From Lama glama (taxonomy: Eukaryota), in contig CM052818.1 of assembly GCA_028534125.1 (NCBI GenBank), positions 18,974,001-19,038,000 on the forward strand: DNA of 64,000 nucleotides, read 5' to 3'. Made by a program: the position numbers and the translations under genes. A model generated the notes under the pieces. It saw nothing but the letters and a program-made list of their open reading frames with translations. It had not been told where the DNA came from and made no database searches. The number at the start of each line of letters is the position of its first letter. Position 1 is the first letter of the stretch. This document shows, in pieces, positions 51,822 to 64,000 of the stretch.

Positions 51822-53750
51822 AATCCCTTTTATAATTGCATCCAAAAAAATGAAATACTTAAGAATAAATCTGACCAAGGAGATAAAAGACTTACATGTG
51901 GAGAGCTACAAAACATTGACTAAGGAAATTAAAGATGATATAAAGAAATGGAAAGATACCCCATGTTCTTGGACTGAAAGAATCAATATTGTTAAAATGG
52001 CCATACTACCCAAAGCAAACTACAGATATAATTTGAGCCTTATCAAATTACCCAGGCCATTTTTCACAGAACTAAAACAAATAATCCTAAAATTTATGTG
52101 GAATTATGAAAGACCCAGAATTGCCAAAGCAATACTGAGGAAAAAGAATGAAGCTGGAGGAATAACCCTCCCAGACTTCAGACAATACTGCAGAGCTACA
52201 GTAATCAAAACAGCATGGTATTGGCACAAAAACAGACATATGGATCAATGGAACAGAATAAACAGCCCACAAATAAACCCATAAATTTTGGTCAATTAAT
52301 CTCCGAGGAGGCAAGAACATACAATGGAGTAAAGACAGTCTTTTCAGCAAATAGTGTTGGGAAAACTGGACAGTTGCATGTAAATTGATGAAGTTGGAAT
52401 ACTCTTTCACACCACACACAAAAATAAACTAAAAATGGTTTAAAGACTTAGACATAAGACAAGACACTATAAACCTCTTAGAAGAAAACATAGGCAAAAC
52501 ATTATCTGACATAAGGCTCAGCAATGTTCTCCTAGGGTAGTCGACCAAGGCAATAAAAATAAAAGCAAAAATAAATAACTGGGACTAGTTATATAAATAA
52601 CTAGTTAAACTTACAAGATTTTGCACAACAAAAGAAACCATAAGCCAAAAAAAAAAAATAGCCAAGGGAATGGGAGAAAATATTTGTAAACAATGAGACT
52701 GACAAGGGCTTAATTTCCAGAATACATAAACAGCTCATACAACTTAATAAGAAAAAAACAAACAACCTAATCCAAAAATGGACAGAAGACCTAAACAAGC
52801 AGTTCTCCAGTGAAGACATACAAATGGCCAATTGGCACATAAAACAATGCTCAATATTGCTAATTATCAGAGAAATGCAAATCAAAACTACAACAAGGTA
52901 ACACCTCACACCAGTCAGAATGGCCATCGTTCAAAAGCTCACAAATGATAAATGCTGGAGTGGGTGTGGAGAAAAGGGAACACTCCTCTGCTGCTGGTGG
53001 GAATGTAGTTTGGTGCAGCCATTATGGAAAACAATATGGAGATTCCGCAAAAGACTAAAAATAGACTTACCATATGATCCAAAAATCCCACTCCCAGGCA
53101 TATATCCAGAGGAAACCTTAATTCAAAGAGATACATGCACCTCAATGTTCATAGAAGCACTATTTACAATAGCCAAGACATGAGAACAAACTAAATGTCC
53201 ATCGACAAATGACTAGATGAAGAAATCATGGTATATTTATATGACGGAATACTACTCAGCCATAAAAAAGAATAAAATAATGCCAGTTGCAGCAACATGG
53301 ATGGACCTAGAGATCATCATTCTAAGTGAAGTAAGCCAGAAAGAGAAAGAAAAATACCATATATCACTTATATGTGGAATCTAAAAAAAAAAAAAGACAA
53401 AAGAACTTATTTACTAAACAGAAACAGACTCACAGACATAGAAAACAAACTTATGGTTACTGGGGTAGAGGAAAGAGGGTGGAAAGGGATAAACTGGGAT
53501 TTCAAGATTTGCAGGTACTAATTATAAATTATATATAAAATTAATTAAGTATATATAAAATAGATAAACAACAAGTTCATACTGTATAGCACAGGGAACT
53601 ATATTCAATATCTTGTGGTAACTTATGGTGAAAAGGAGTATGAAAATGAATATATGTATGTATATATATGACTGAACTATTTTGCTGTACACCAGAAATT
53701 GACACAACATTGTAAACTGACGATACTTCAATAAAAATATATATACAAAA
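51822..53750 (+). mobile_element. L1 segment: ORF2 C-terminal half, 3' UTR and A-tail (degenerate)
   Basis: [67 protein letters not shown] at 53730. Confidence 0.95.
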
Positions 53751-53890
53751 AAATAAGCATCCTAAAATAATCAGTATGCCAAAGAGGAACATTTTGGGGT
53801 GGTATATTTTGCTTCCTTTTACCTCCTAGATATTATTGAAAAAGAAACAACAGGCCCAAAGTGAAGTCATTTGTGCCAAGCCCCACATTG

Positions 53891-54452
53891 GTGTAGAGAA
53901 ACAAAATTTGCCATCTCAAAATGTCTCTTTGGTATGCAGATTATTTTGAGCTGGAAACAATCAAGGCCTAAAAAACTCAGGAAGAAACTTTGACCTTCCC
54001 CCCTAACTGCCTAAGAAAATTTTAGATAGAGGGTCTGTTCCTAGAATAGAGCTCTCACCAGAGATGTCTGCAAAGGCTAAGTGTGGTGGTGATGGGGAAA
54101 CTCAGCAGGGCCTAGAGATCAGAGTCCATTGTGTTACACTGTCTCTATATAGCCCAGCAAACTTTTATTCACCAAATATTGGTTTTTCCATCTCCATGTC
54201 AATTGTCTTCTTCCCCTTTAAAGTCCCAAACTACTTCCCTCAACACCCTCTTTTGTCTTTAGCTGAAGATGGTATTTAAGGTGAGAGTTTCAGCCATTTT
54301 GGTGAGTTACTAATTTTTCCCGGGTCTCTCCCATGTATACATGTTATTAAACTTTGATTGATTGTCTCCTGTTAATCTGTATCACGTCAATTGAATTCTT
54401 AGACAGCCAAAAGAACCTAGAAGGGTAGAGGAGTACATCTCCCCCTCTGACA
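53891..54452 (+). mobile_element. Solo LTR (MER34-like)
   Basis: TGTAGAGAAAC...CTGACA; shares long blocks with 43930-44475, e.g. GGAAACTCAGCAGGGCC-AGAGATCAGAGTCCA and GGGTCTCTCCCATGTATACATGTTATTAAACTTT. Confidence 0.8.
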
Positions 54453-54474
54453 ACAGTAAACCAAGTCTTAACAC

Positions 54475-55960
54475 TGTAAAGAAAAACATGTTGCCTGCCA
54501 TTTCAGCTCTACAAGGACCAAGCCGTTATACCACTGCAGTCACCCACAGACAGTATGCCTGAGGGGAATTCAGGATGGGGGTGGGGAGGGAGGGGAAGCA
54601 TTCTGTGCTTTGGATATAACAGCCCCTAGATAGTTAAGATGCATATCAAAGGAAAGATTTCAATGACTCCAGATTCTTGCATCTTCCATGCGTAGAAGCA
54701 CTCAAGTCATTAACTTGAGATGTCTGCTCTCTGTGACTAGCAGTAATCTTTTTATGCTTGACTACAAGTTTTACCTAGCCAAAAAAAAAAAAAAAAAAAA
54801 AAAGTTCATATATATTCTGGCTCCTCCCTTACCTCTTTGGAATAGATTCTCAGAGCTATCTGAGGGGCTGTCTCCAGAGGTATTGTCCTCAGTAAGACAC
54901 TGAATAAACTCAACTCACAGCTCTTGACACTGTGTTGTTTTTTTTTTTTTAAGTCAGCAGTTTTGGCAACCATGAAAGCACACAGAGCAGACTTCTCTCC
55001 TTTGCCTGAATTCTGTGAGGATCTGGAGCTTGGTAGTATCAGGACCCTTTGTGCTCATCTGCCTCCTCTGTGAGTCCAGACAAATTTGGGTGAGTCTCTC
55101 CTGGCACCTGATCTCTCACACTTGGTTGAAAATCTTGAGTTTATTCAAAGCTTGTTAAACTCCTTGCCATGAGGAGTAGGTTATTCTTGAACTTAGGTTC
55201 AAGAAGAGGTGCCTATACTTGCTCAGTTGAAAGACAGTAAGGTTATTCCCAGTTTGGAAACCCTGAGGTGATTTTACTCAGCTGTAAGATACTAAGAACG
55301 CTTGGGCTGGGTAATAGGTAGGAAGTTGACTGGACATCTTTCCTCAATTTGCTAACTTAACAGAATTTATTGGGGTAAAAGTGAAGACATTACATGAGAG
55401 CTCTGTTATGAAGAAAAGGGACAAGACTCCTCCCAGTCAGCTATGACTTTCTTGGGCAACTGAGAAATTTATGGGCGAGGTGGAGGCTGAGTCTTCATAT
55501 TGTGCTCATTAATTAAAAACTTGTCCATCTGGGGAGCACGTATAAGAGTTGGCCACTCAGTGCTCTGAACACCCATGGTGGTTTTAGACTGCCAGAGAGA
55601 GAAATCAAGACACGTAAAAACTGGAAGGACTCTAAGGTGGCACCTAGAGGAGTTAAGCTTACAAGCAGCACATTGTCCCACCACACAGTCTCATTAGTAA
55701 ATTTATCTCTGACAAATTCAACTTTCAAATGAGAAATAGAATTTCTCAAACAGAAAAATGACGGGTATCAGAAAGCCAGCCTCCAACTAACACCCCAGCC
55801 AGATTTTGCACTAATGGAATTACACTTGCATTTACTGACTTAATTGGAAACTAAGGAAATCTTGCCCTAAAAATGGCCAAGACGGGGATCTTTTGACTAT
55901 TCAAAACTGGTTTTTTGCATGCCCAGTTAAAGAAAGCCAGCTTGATATAACATCTTTTCA
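54475..55960 (+). mobile_element. ERV1 5' remnant: LTR (54475-54959), primer-binding site, leader and decayed gag start
   Basis: TG..AATAAA (54903)..CA, then TGGCAACCATGAAAGCAC (54964-54981), then KWPRRGSFD (55871-55897). Confidence 0.65.
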
Positions 55961-56590
55961 GAATTCTGACCTTAAAGGAACATAAGCCCTTCTAGGAGGA
56001 ATTTGCATTTCTTTCCCCGTGTCTTTGATATGTAAATACTCTATCTGCTCTTCTTAGACATTTTGTTCTGTATTTTACGTGCATAGTCTCCACCACCTGC
56101 AAGGTACACATATGGTGTACATTTGACAGCCAGTCAAATAGACAAGGATGTCTCTCTACCTCCTGGTACAGGGACAGTATCTTTCACATGGGAGATGTAT
56201 TTCCTATTTTTAGGGAGAGAGGGGGGAAATTCAGTTTTCTTCTCGTACAGGCTATTTTTTAAGTAAATTGAATTCAAAATAATCAATATACTACTTTAGC
56301 ATATTTAGGGGCAGCCTGCCCTGAGCCCCAACAGTGGGGTAATGCCTGATTCATGAATCATTAAATAAAGCCAATAAGATCTTTCAATTTATTCAGTTAA
56401 ATTTTGTTTTTCAACAAAATATAAGTCTCAAATCCTAACCACCCCTTCGAGTTACTCACTGAACACTCCCACGTGTATACATGATGTATGCATAAATAAA
56501 CTTTTTTTTTTTCCTAGTTGGTCTTTTATCACTTTTATTTGCAGGCCCCATTTACTGAACATAAGACAGTGGAGGGAAAGTTTTTCCTCC

Positions 56591-57258
56591 TGACAAAGAT
56601 TCTCTCCTTGACCCAACTCTTGTCAGGTTCCTCTGAACTCTTTTCTCAACGAGGCCCTGACTTTTGGGCTTCCTGTTCATCTCTGCATTGTCCGGTTTTA
56701 GCAAGATTCCTGCTGAGCCACTTTACTGAAACTCCCTCACTGTTGGTCTGATCACCATTGATATCTTTTCACTCTGGCATGCCAGATGTGTTAGATCACT
56801 TTAGCAAAGAATTACCCTACCTTTTAGTAATTTTCTATCCCCTGACCCACCATCTTACTCCTTAGCTATAAATTCCCACTCTTCCTTATTATATTCTGAA
56901 TTAAACATGATTTCCCTTCCCTACGACAAAACCCCACTGCAATGGTCCCTCTTGAACAAAGTCTGCCTTGTCATCTTTGACAAGTGTCATGAATGATTCT
57001 TTTTCTTTAATTCTTATTTTTCATTGAAGTGAGGTGATTTACAACGCTAGTTTCAGGTGTACAGCAAAGCCATTCAGTTATACATATGCATTTATATTTC
57101 TTTTTAGATTCTTTTCATTACAAGAAATTGAATATAGTTCCCTGCTTTATATAGTTAAGTCCTTATTTTTTGTCTATTTTATATATATAGTAATATGACT
57201 TTGTTAATCCCAAACTCCTAATTTTTCCCTCTCCTCCAAATGATTCTTTCTTTAAAAT
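56591..57258 (+). mobile_element. MER31-like LTR containing an antisense L1 3' fragment (57011-57238)
   Basis: Start TGACAAAGATTCTCTCCTTGACC. The L1 tail is flanked by the direct repeat AATGATTCTTT(TT)CTTTAA at ~56992-57010 and ~57239-57255. Confidence 0.7.
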
Positions 57259-57941
57259 CTCCCCTTTCCCCCAGCTCTTATCTAGGCCAGCCTCTCATTA
57301 TATACAAGGAGAAATTGAAGATAATCAGCTAACATGAGAGGGATTAAGAGTTTGGACTCTGGGACCCAGATTTACCACCTCATCAGCCATGCCACCTCAG
57401 ACAAGATAATTAGCCTATATTTAACAGAGGCACATCTATAACCTGGGGCAAATAACAGTATCCATCTCACTGGGTTGTTGTGAAAAATAAATGAGTTAAT
57501 AGCCATAAAGTGTTCAGAACTGTCCAGCAGAGTAAGTACTACGTTGTAGTTATTGTTACTATTTTTTAAAGGTATTTGCCTGAGGACACTCAGTTACTGA
57601 GGAGAAGTGAAATGAACACACTTTCCTGTCCCTGTGCTAAACAATACTAGGATCAAGAAAAATTATTTAGTTGCTTGCTCCAGGAAGTATCTGTTCCTGA
57701 AAGATAAGATTGTAAACTAACTAAATAGATGACTTATCAAGACTGAAAGCTGGTTCTCCAAGATTCTTTCAAGACCCTTGCCTCCAGGACCCACCAGCCT
57801 ATTAAGTCATAAATTCTGCCCCCACCCAACCAGTTTCCTCCTGTGCAAGACCCACCCTCAAAAGACTTCTTTCTGGAAGCCTAGTTCCAAATATCCAACC
57901 GCCTGGTTGTTCCACAGGCATCTCACTCACTCACAAAACTC

Positions 57942-58080
57942 TTTTTTTGGGGGGTCCCCCCTCCCCCCCAAAAGTAACTAGGTTTGTTTGTTTGTTTACT
58001 TAACGAAAGTACTGGGGATTGAATCCAGGACCTCCTGGATGCTAAGCACTGCACTCCACCACTGAGTTATACCCTCCGCC
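57942..58080 (-). mobile_element. tRNA-derived SINE (Vic-1-like)
   Basis: Reverse strand reads GGAGGGTATAACTCAGTGGTGGAGTGC..GGTCCTGGATTCAATCCCCAGTAC..AAACAAACAAACCTAG. Confidence 0.8.
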
Positions 58081-58084
58081 GTCA

Positions 58085-59240
58085 AAGCTGAACTCTTGAT
58101 CCCTCCTCCTAACCTGTCCTCTGCCTCTCATAGGTACACCTCTCTGTTCAGCCAGTAACTCAAGCCAGAAACCTTGATACCTCCTCCTCTCTGCATCCAA
58201 AGCCTCAGCAAATTCTGCCAGCTCCACTCCAAACACAGCACAAAAGTGCCCCCTCTCATCTTGCAAGTATACCTAGTATCTACTGTCAAGGAGGAAGAAA
58301 ACTCTTCTCCACCCTTCTAGATCCTTCTAGCTGGTCTATTAAAACAACATCAGATAGATTAAGAGGATAAAAATCAAATTTAATTTTGTACATACAGGAA
58401 CCCCACATACATGAGAGGGTCAAAGAAATGTCAAATGAAGGCTACAAGCCATCCTGAGCTGAGAGATGGGATAGGGGCTGGGGCTTCCAGTGACAGGAGG
58501 GTCATTCAGAGGACAGTAAGAAGAAGAGTAATTTTCTGGTAATTAGATGTTTGCCTTGCCATATAGATAGGGCCACTTACATAAAATTTATCGCTGGTAA
58601 TTCATTTTCTGGGGGAAAAAACCCCAATGTAAATGCTTCTAGGTAGTTAAGGGAGGGGCAGAAATTTCTCAGACACACAGGGTCTCGATTGCCTTTAGCT
58701 CAAAATAATCCTCATGTGAAAGTGACACATGTTGGGGGAGGCTCGTTCTGAAACCCTATACCTCCTCCTAACTTGTCTCCCCACCTTTGCTGTTATCTCC
58801 CTAACATTCATTCATCTTCCCTGCAACAGTCAGAGGGAACTTTTAAAAAGACAAATCAGATCATGTTGTCACTTCCCCCTACTAGAACTTTCTCTTGAAT
58901 TCCCATCACGCCTGGTGTACAATCCAAACTCTATACCACTGTTCCTGCCTCTTCTCCAATCTTATTTTATGCCATCGTTTTCCTTGCTCAGCCATCTCAG
59001 AATATCTGCATGGGCTGTCCCCTCTATCTGGTCCTTGCATTCCTGGCTCCTTGTCATCCTTCAGGTCTTCAGCAGTCTTAAGTAGGTCCCACTGGCTATT
59101 CTCATCCACAGCACCAATCCTAAATATATTTATCTATTTGTTTATGTATGGCTTGTCTTCTCCACTGTACTTCAAGCTCTAAAGGCTTGTTCACCACTAT
59201 AGAGTGAACACCCAGAACAATGCCTGTGTATATTTAGCCC
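58085..59240. mobile_element. L2 remnant interrupted by an LTR (~58285-58762, - strand)
   Basis: L2 motifs CAAGCCAGAAACCTTG, CAAATCAGATCATGT, TTGTTCACCACT..CCCAGAACAATGCCTG. Insert has GAAGAAAACTCTTCTCCACCCTTCTAG..TTTAGCTCAAAATAATC. Confidence 0.55.
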
Positions 59241-59241
59241 T

Positions 59242-59751
59242 TGTGGCAAGTTGATTGCATTAATGGCCTCCTTTCTTCCTATATTTTTGTAGGCCCCTCC
59301 CACTTTGTCTCTGGGCCCACGGTGTGACTTGCTTTGGCCAATAAAATGTTAGCAAACGTGACTGTAAGCAGAGGCTTGAAAAGCACATGTACATTTCCAG
59401 TTGTTCTCCTGCCCAATTGGGCTTGTTCATTTTTGGGTCCTGCCATTGCCCTGAGAATATTCCCTCCTATTCTGTTGAAGGTCTGTGAGAAGATGTAGAG
59501 AAGACCTAATTCAGCCTAGCTGAGGCCGTTCTCAGCCAGCTGACCCTTAGATGTGCACAGAGTCAGCCAAGATCAGCAGAGACACCCACCTGACCCTTAA
59601 CTGACTGCAGATTCAGAATTAAGCCACCTGAGACCAGGAAAATCAAAACTCCAACCTACAGACTCATGAGCAACAATAAATTATTATTTAAGCTCACTAT
59701 TTTTTTGTATAGTTTATCATACAGCATTATTGAGATAACATAACTGCTACA
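59242..59751 (+). mobile_element. MLT1 (MaLR) LTR
   Basis: TGTGGCA start, TGTGACTTGCTTTGGCCAAT, AATAAA..TTTAAGC..AACTGCTACA end. Another MLT1 piece on - at ~60008-60215. Confidence 0.75.
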
Positions 59752-61774
59752 GCACTCAGTAAGTATTTGTTGGCTAGATGAGTCTGAGTATATTTTAGAC
59801 ACTAGAGCAGGGCGGGGAATATGGCAGGAGATATGAGAGATTCCTCTGGACTCAAGGGACTTCCCTTTCAGCACATCCCATGTAGGGGGCTTTCTGTGAT
59901 ATTCAGTCAGCGCTACTCCTCTTTCTGGTTATGAAGGAAGCTAGGTGTTAGTGGGAATGTTCCAGAAAGGAGGTTCCCAGGGCTAGGGTGAGGCCTGAAG
60001 ACACTGCCTATATTAGTGTCCTAGTGCTACACAACAAATTACTACACACTTAGCAGTTTAAGACAACACCAATTTATGACCTCCTGGTTTCTGTGAGGAG
60101 TCTGGACACAGGTTCACTGTGTCCTCTGGGCAGGACCTTACCAGCCTAAAATCAAGGCATCAGCTGGGGCTATAATCTCACCTGTGACTTTCTGAGTCCT
60201 CTTCCAAGCTCAGTGACGCCTTAAGGGCCAAATACACTGACAAAGAAAGGTCAGTGGGGTCCAGAGGGAGGAGGGGCCTCTGGGGATACACCCCCCACCA
60301 AGGATTCTCAGAGGAAAGGGCCGCAAGAGGATTTCCTTAGGACCTGGGTAGGAGGCCCTGTGTGACTGTTGGTGCCTAGGCCTGTTTCTTCAACAGCCTG
60401 AGAAAGCAGGGTGACCTTCAGCACTTGACATATCCTGGTACAGGTTACGGCACAGCAAACATTGGGACAAACAGGGGGGACAGGTGGAGCCTGTACAGCA
60501 CCAAAGTGTTCTACTGAAAAGCAGATTTACACAAAGGCAATTCACGGGACTCACTGGGGAAATGGACTTCTGATGCTGGTTTTAACAATGACCTCCCTTC
60601 CATGGCTGCCCTCAGTTTAGATTTGACTCCCCACACGTTGGAGTGGGCGGAGGGGCCAGGAGGCCCTGTAGGGGACAGAGGGTAGGGAGGCACGGATTTT
60701 AGCAGTCCTTCCTATGGTCTTCGGAATTTTAGGGGCTTAAGGACCTTTTTATAAATCAGCCACTTGGGGGCAACAGAGTGGCTGACCCAGTGTGGGAATA
60801 GACCTCCAGTCCAGCTGAATGGTTGGAAAACCTCCTAGGTGGCTCTAAGTCTGGCTTCCTTCCCCACAGTCCCTGGGCGGACGTCAGCTCTTGGTGGAGG
60901 TCAGAACTAAGAACAGTTCCTGTTCCCAGCACAGGAGCCGGGCTGGCAGTGACTGCAGGGTACCGCGCGGCCACCAGGGGTCACTCCTCGCCAGGCGCTC
61001 AAACCAGAGACGGAGCGGCTGGGCTTTCTTTACACCCCACCTCCTCTCTGGCCAGTGCTCCCAGGGCTGCCGGGCCTGTTCCCCATCAAACAGTTCAGAG
61101 GCCAGCACCCCCATACCCCTTGCGTTCATCCTGTAGATGGGAGAAGGGGTACTGAAGTGGAGTTACCAGGTGAAATACACGATGCATAATTAAATCTGAA
61201 TTTCAGATAAACAGCTAATACTTTTTGAGTATGAATATGGCCCACACAGTAGTATTGCTAAATCTGCCAATTTGGTGTCAGACCCCCTGCATTCAGATTC
61301 CAATCTCACCATTCATTGAGTGAGAGGGGCAATTTTCTAAGCACTTTTCTAAGCCTCAATTTCCTTATCTATAAAAATAGGTAGTGACACTTTATGGGGA
61401 TAAATGAAGTCTATTGCGTTCAGGTAAGGGCTCAATAAACCTTAGCATGTTTTCTTTTCATTCCTTAAAAGCTACTGATTCTTGACTTTAGAGAGGTCAT
61501 ATCTTCTAGCTAAAAGCTGACCATGAACAGGAGATTGCAAGAGGCTGAAGTCAGGAGAGTAGTCGAAGCTAGAGGCTCAGACTAGAGCCTAAGGGTGAGA
61601 ACAGAAACCATCTGCAAGCAGCTGGCTGACAGTCTACACTAACATGACGTTGCTCTTTCATTGTCTTTATCAACCTGACTTTACCATGACAGGAAAGTCT
61701 TTCCAAGGATGATAAAAGTTGCAAATATTTATTATTCATTCCACCAACTTCCTGAAAGACTTACTGAAATCTGT

Positions 61775-61932
61775 TTACCCCCAGGAGACATTTGGCAATG
61801 CAGGGAGATATCTTTGGGCGGAGGGCTATTGGCATATAGCCAGGGATTCTGTTAAGTATTCTACAATGCGCCGATCGACCACAAAGAATTAGTCAGACCA
61901 AAATGTCAAAAGTGCCAAGGTTGGGAATCTGT
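61775..61932 (+). mobile_element. MER20 fragment
   Basis: CCCCAGGAGACATTTGGCAATG..CTACAATGC..CCAAAATGTCAAAAGTGCCAAGGTTGGGAA. Confidence 0.75.
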
Positions 61933-62029
61933 GACTTAAATGAACATCAGGCTGTTTAATCCTCAATAATAATGTGAAGTAATAATAATGTGTTCAATTA
62001 ATAATGTGAAATTAATTAGACCAGGAGGC

Positions 62030-62900
62030 AAATTAGGTTGAGGTGGTCTACGGAAGCAAACCAAAAATCTAAGCCTGTAAATGCCTCAATGTTAACAGAT
62101 TGAAACCTAAGGACAACCAATCACAGCCAACTAGGTTTTAAGATATAGCCAATGAATAAATTCCTTACTTTGCTTCTGTTTTTTTTTTTTTTTTCCCCTA
62201 TAAAAGTTTGCCTCTGGCTCCCATCAGTGCAGTGCTTGTAGCCACTCTGGTTTGATGCTGCCTGATTTGAATGAATTTTGCTCAAATAAGTTTTTAAATT
62301 TTTTAAATGTTTCATTTTATCTTTTAACAGTTCAAAAACATCGGAAGACAGTACTCCCCAAGACTCTTCAAAGATCTTTGCCTCCAACCCTTGCCTTGCT
62401 GTGTCCATTGTTGGGCTGCATCCCACAGGCCTGCAAGCCCTGTACTAGCTCAGCCTCAAGAGCAAAGAAAGAGCCTGGAGTCAGTGACAGAGACATCATT
62501 GTTTTGATAGGGAGATCTTACATGTCTGAAGCAAGGCTTTGGAGTGACACCCCACTGTGTGCGGTGGACTGCGGGCAGGGCACAGTGGTAGTCTTCCTCC
62601 CTACGGAGAGGGGGAGGTTACCAGTTATAGGGGGAATTGACCTCAGGTTGGCTCATCAGTTGTCAGGGTAACCAGCAGAGGCATGTCTCTCACTGCCCCT
62701 TTGATAAACTATCACAGTAGAAACAGTTCTGATCTAAAGATTAGATCACCAGCTGGGGCCAGGGGCAAGGCCATAGGCATTTACTGATGGGGCTCTAGGA
62801 TTAAGAGGGAAGGTTGGTTACGTGAGTAGGGTGTAGGTGAAGCAGGTACTGGGTGAGCAGGGGATGTACAGAGAGCAAGAGAACAGCCATCTTGGGTGGC
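62030..62900. mobile_element. Two adjacent LTR-like elements (~62030-62329 and ~62410-62900)
   Basis: First has CCAAT boxes, TATAAAAG and an end TTTTATCTTTTAACA; second starts TGTTGGGCTGC. Family not identified. Confidence 0.45.
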
Positions 62901-63454
62901 CTGATGGCCTGATCATACATCCATCAATCCTAAACTATTACAATATGGTCCTCCCTGAATTCTAGTCAAGTCTTGGCATTGAAATACCCACCTTCAACCA
63001 GCCTTTACCCTCCCTCCTCCAGGATGTTCCTACGACTGGTTTGGCCTCACCATGGTGAGAATAATTGGTCTTAAAGATCATTTTGACAACCATTGCAAGG
63101 AGCCAGTGCCCCACAGGTGCCTTTCCTGCATCACCTGGTTGTAGGGTCTGCTGCCTACAAGTCTTCATTCCTGTGTGGGAGAGTGAGGAGGACGGGGAGC
63201 GAGCCCCAGGCCTCCGGGAATGGGCCCAGCCCCACAGAATGGGCACGAGCCTTCGTCACAGCCTCTCTGCCCATGTGTTCAGACTGTGCAGCTCCACGAA
63301 GATCCAGACCACAAAACAGGAGACGTGGGTCCTATCTCTGACTTTCCAGGTAGCGCACTGGGAGATCCCTGGCAGGCCTCTCAGCCCATGCCCACAGATG
63401 AGGATCCCCACATGGATGGGATACAAACTGCAGGGCACTCTGGAGATTACAGAG

Positions 63455-63954
63455 NNNNNNNNNNNNNNNNNNNNNNNNNNNNNNNNNNNNNNNNNNNNNN
63501 NNNNNNNNNNNNNNNNNNNNNNNNNNNNNNNNNNNNNNNNNNNNNNNNNNNNNNNNNNNNNNNNNNNNNNNNNNNNNNNNNNNNNNNNNNNNNNNNNNNN
63601 NNNNNNNNNNNNNNNNNNNNNNNNNNNNNNNNNNNNNNNNNNNNNNNNNNNNNNNNNNNNNNNNNNNNNNNNNNNNNNNNNNNNNNNNNNNNNNNNNNNN
63701 NNNNNNNNNNNNNNNNNNNNNNNNNNNNNNNNNNNNNNNNNNNNNNNNNNNNNNNNNNNNNNNNNNNNNNNNNNNNNNNNNNNNNNNNNNNNNNNNNNNN
63801 NNNNNNNNNNNNNNNNNNNNNNNNNNNNNNNNNNNNNNNNNNNNNNNNNNNNNNNNNNNNNNNNNNNNNNNNNNNNNNNNNNNNNNNNNNNNNNNNNNNN
63901 NNNNNNNNNNNNNNNNNNNNNNNNNNNNNNNNNNNNNNNNNNNNNNNNNNNNNN
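63455..63954. other. Assembly gap (500 N)
   Basis: Run of exactly 500 N. Confidence 0.99.
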
Positions 63955-64000
63955 TCACAGCCTCTCTGCCCATGTGTTCAGACTGTGCAGCTCCACGAAG

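Larger units (their letters stand above)
50180..53822 (-). mobile_element. MER34-like LTR (50180-50620 plus 53749-53822) split by an L1
   Basis: Both halves are collinear with the uninterrupted copy at 38558-39086: AGCTAAAGACAAAAGAA, AAGGTTGTTATGCAGATTTAA, AAATAATC..ATGCCA..TGGGGTG. Confidence 0.8.
49815..56594 (+). mobile_element. Nested LTR cluster: outer MER34-like LTR split by later insertions
   Basis: 5' half ~49815-50180; 3' half ~56415-56594 (GAGTTACTCA..TGTATACATG..AATAAAC..GGAGGGAAAGTTTTTCCTCCTGACA). Confidence 0.55.

Noticed and set aside
52584..52605. Hairpin ACTAGTTAT-ATAA-ATAACTAGT
   Set aside because: By-product of a small local duplication in a dead L1.
43930..54452. Two same-orientation LTRs 10 kb apart as the ends of one provirus
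   Set aside because: The first has its own near-TSD and no PBS, and the interval holds unrelated repeats rather than gag/pol/env.
63332..63973. 213-aa ORF
   Set aside because: Artefact of translating through the N gap.

Overview
Mammalian genomic DNA, probably from a camelid (inferred from three tRNA-derived Vic-1-like SINEs). It is the FBXO11/MSH6 locus. On the + strand lie the last 20 coding exons of FBXO11 (203-20403; 5' exons are outside the window). On the - strand lies the complete 10-exon MSH6 CDS (40706-21651; 4092 nt, 1363 aa). All junctions are GT-AG and both spliced frames are open. The genes are tail-to-tail and share a palindromic poly(A) signal (AATAAA-G-TTTATT, 21569-21581). 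MSH6 starts in a CpG island with E2F, CCAAT and GC boxes. The last ~22 kb contains no recognisable gene; it is LTR/ERV, L1, L2, MIR and DNA-transposon sequence, including nested LTRs, an ERV 5' remnant and an L1 with an inversion. It ends in a 500-N gap followed by a duplicated end. I found no convincing new biological system. Exon numbering and comparisons to human are from memory, and repeat names come from recalled consensus motifs, not a search.
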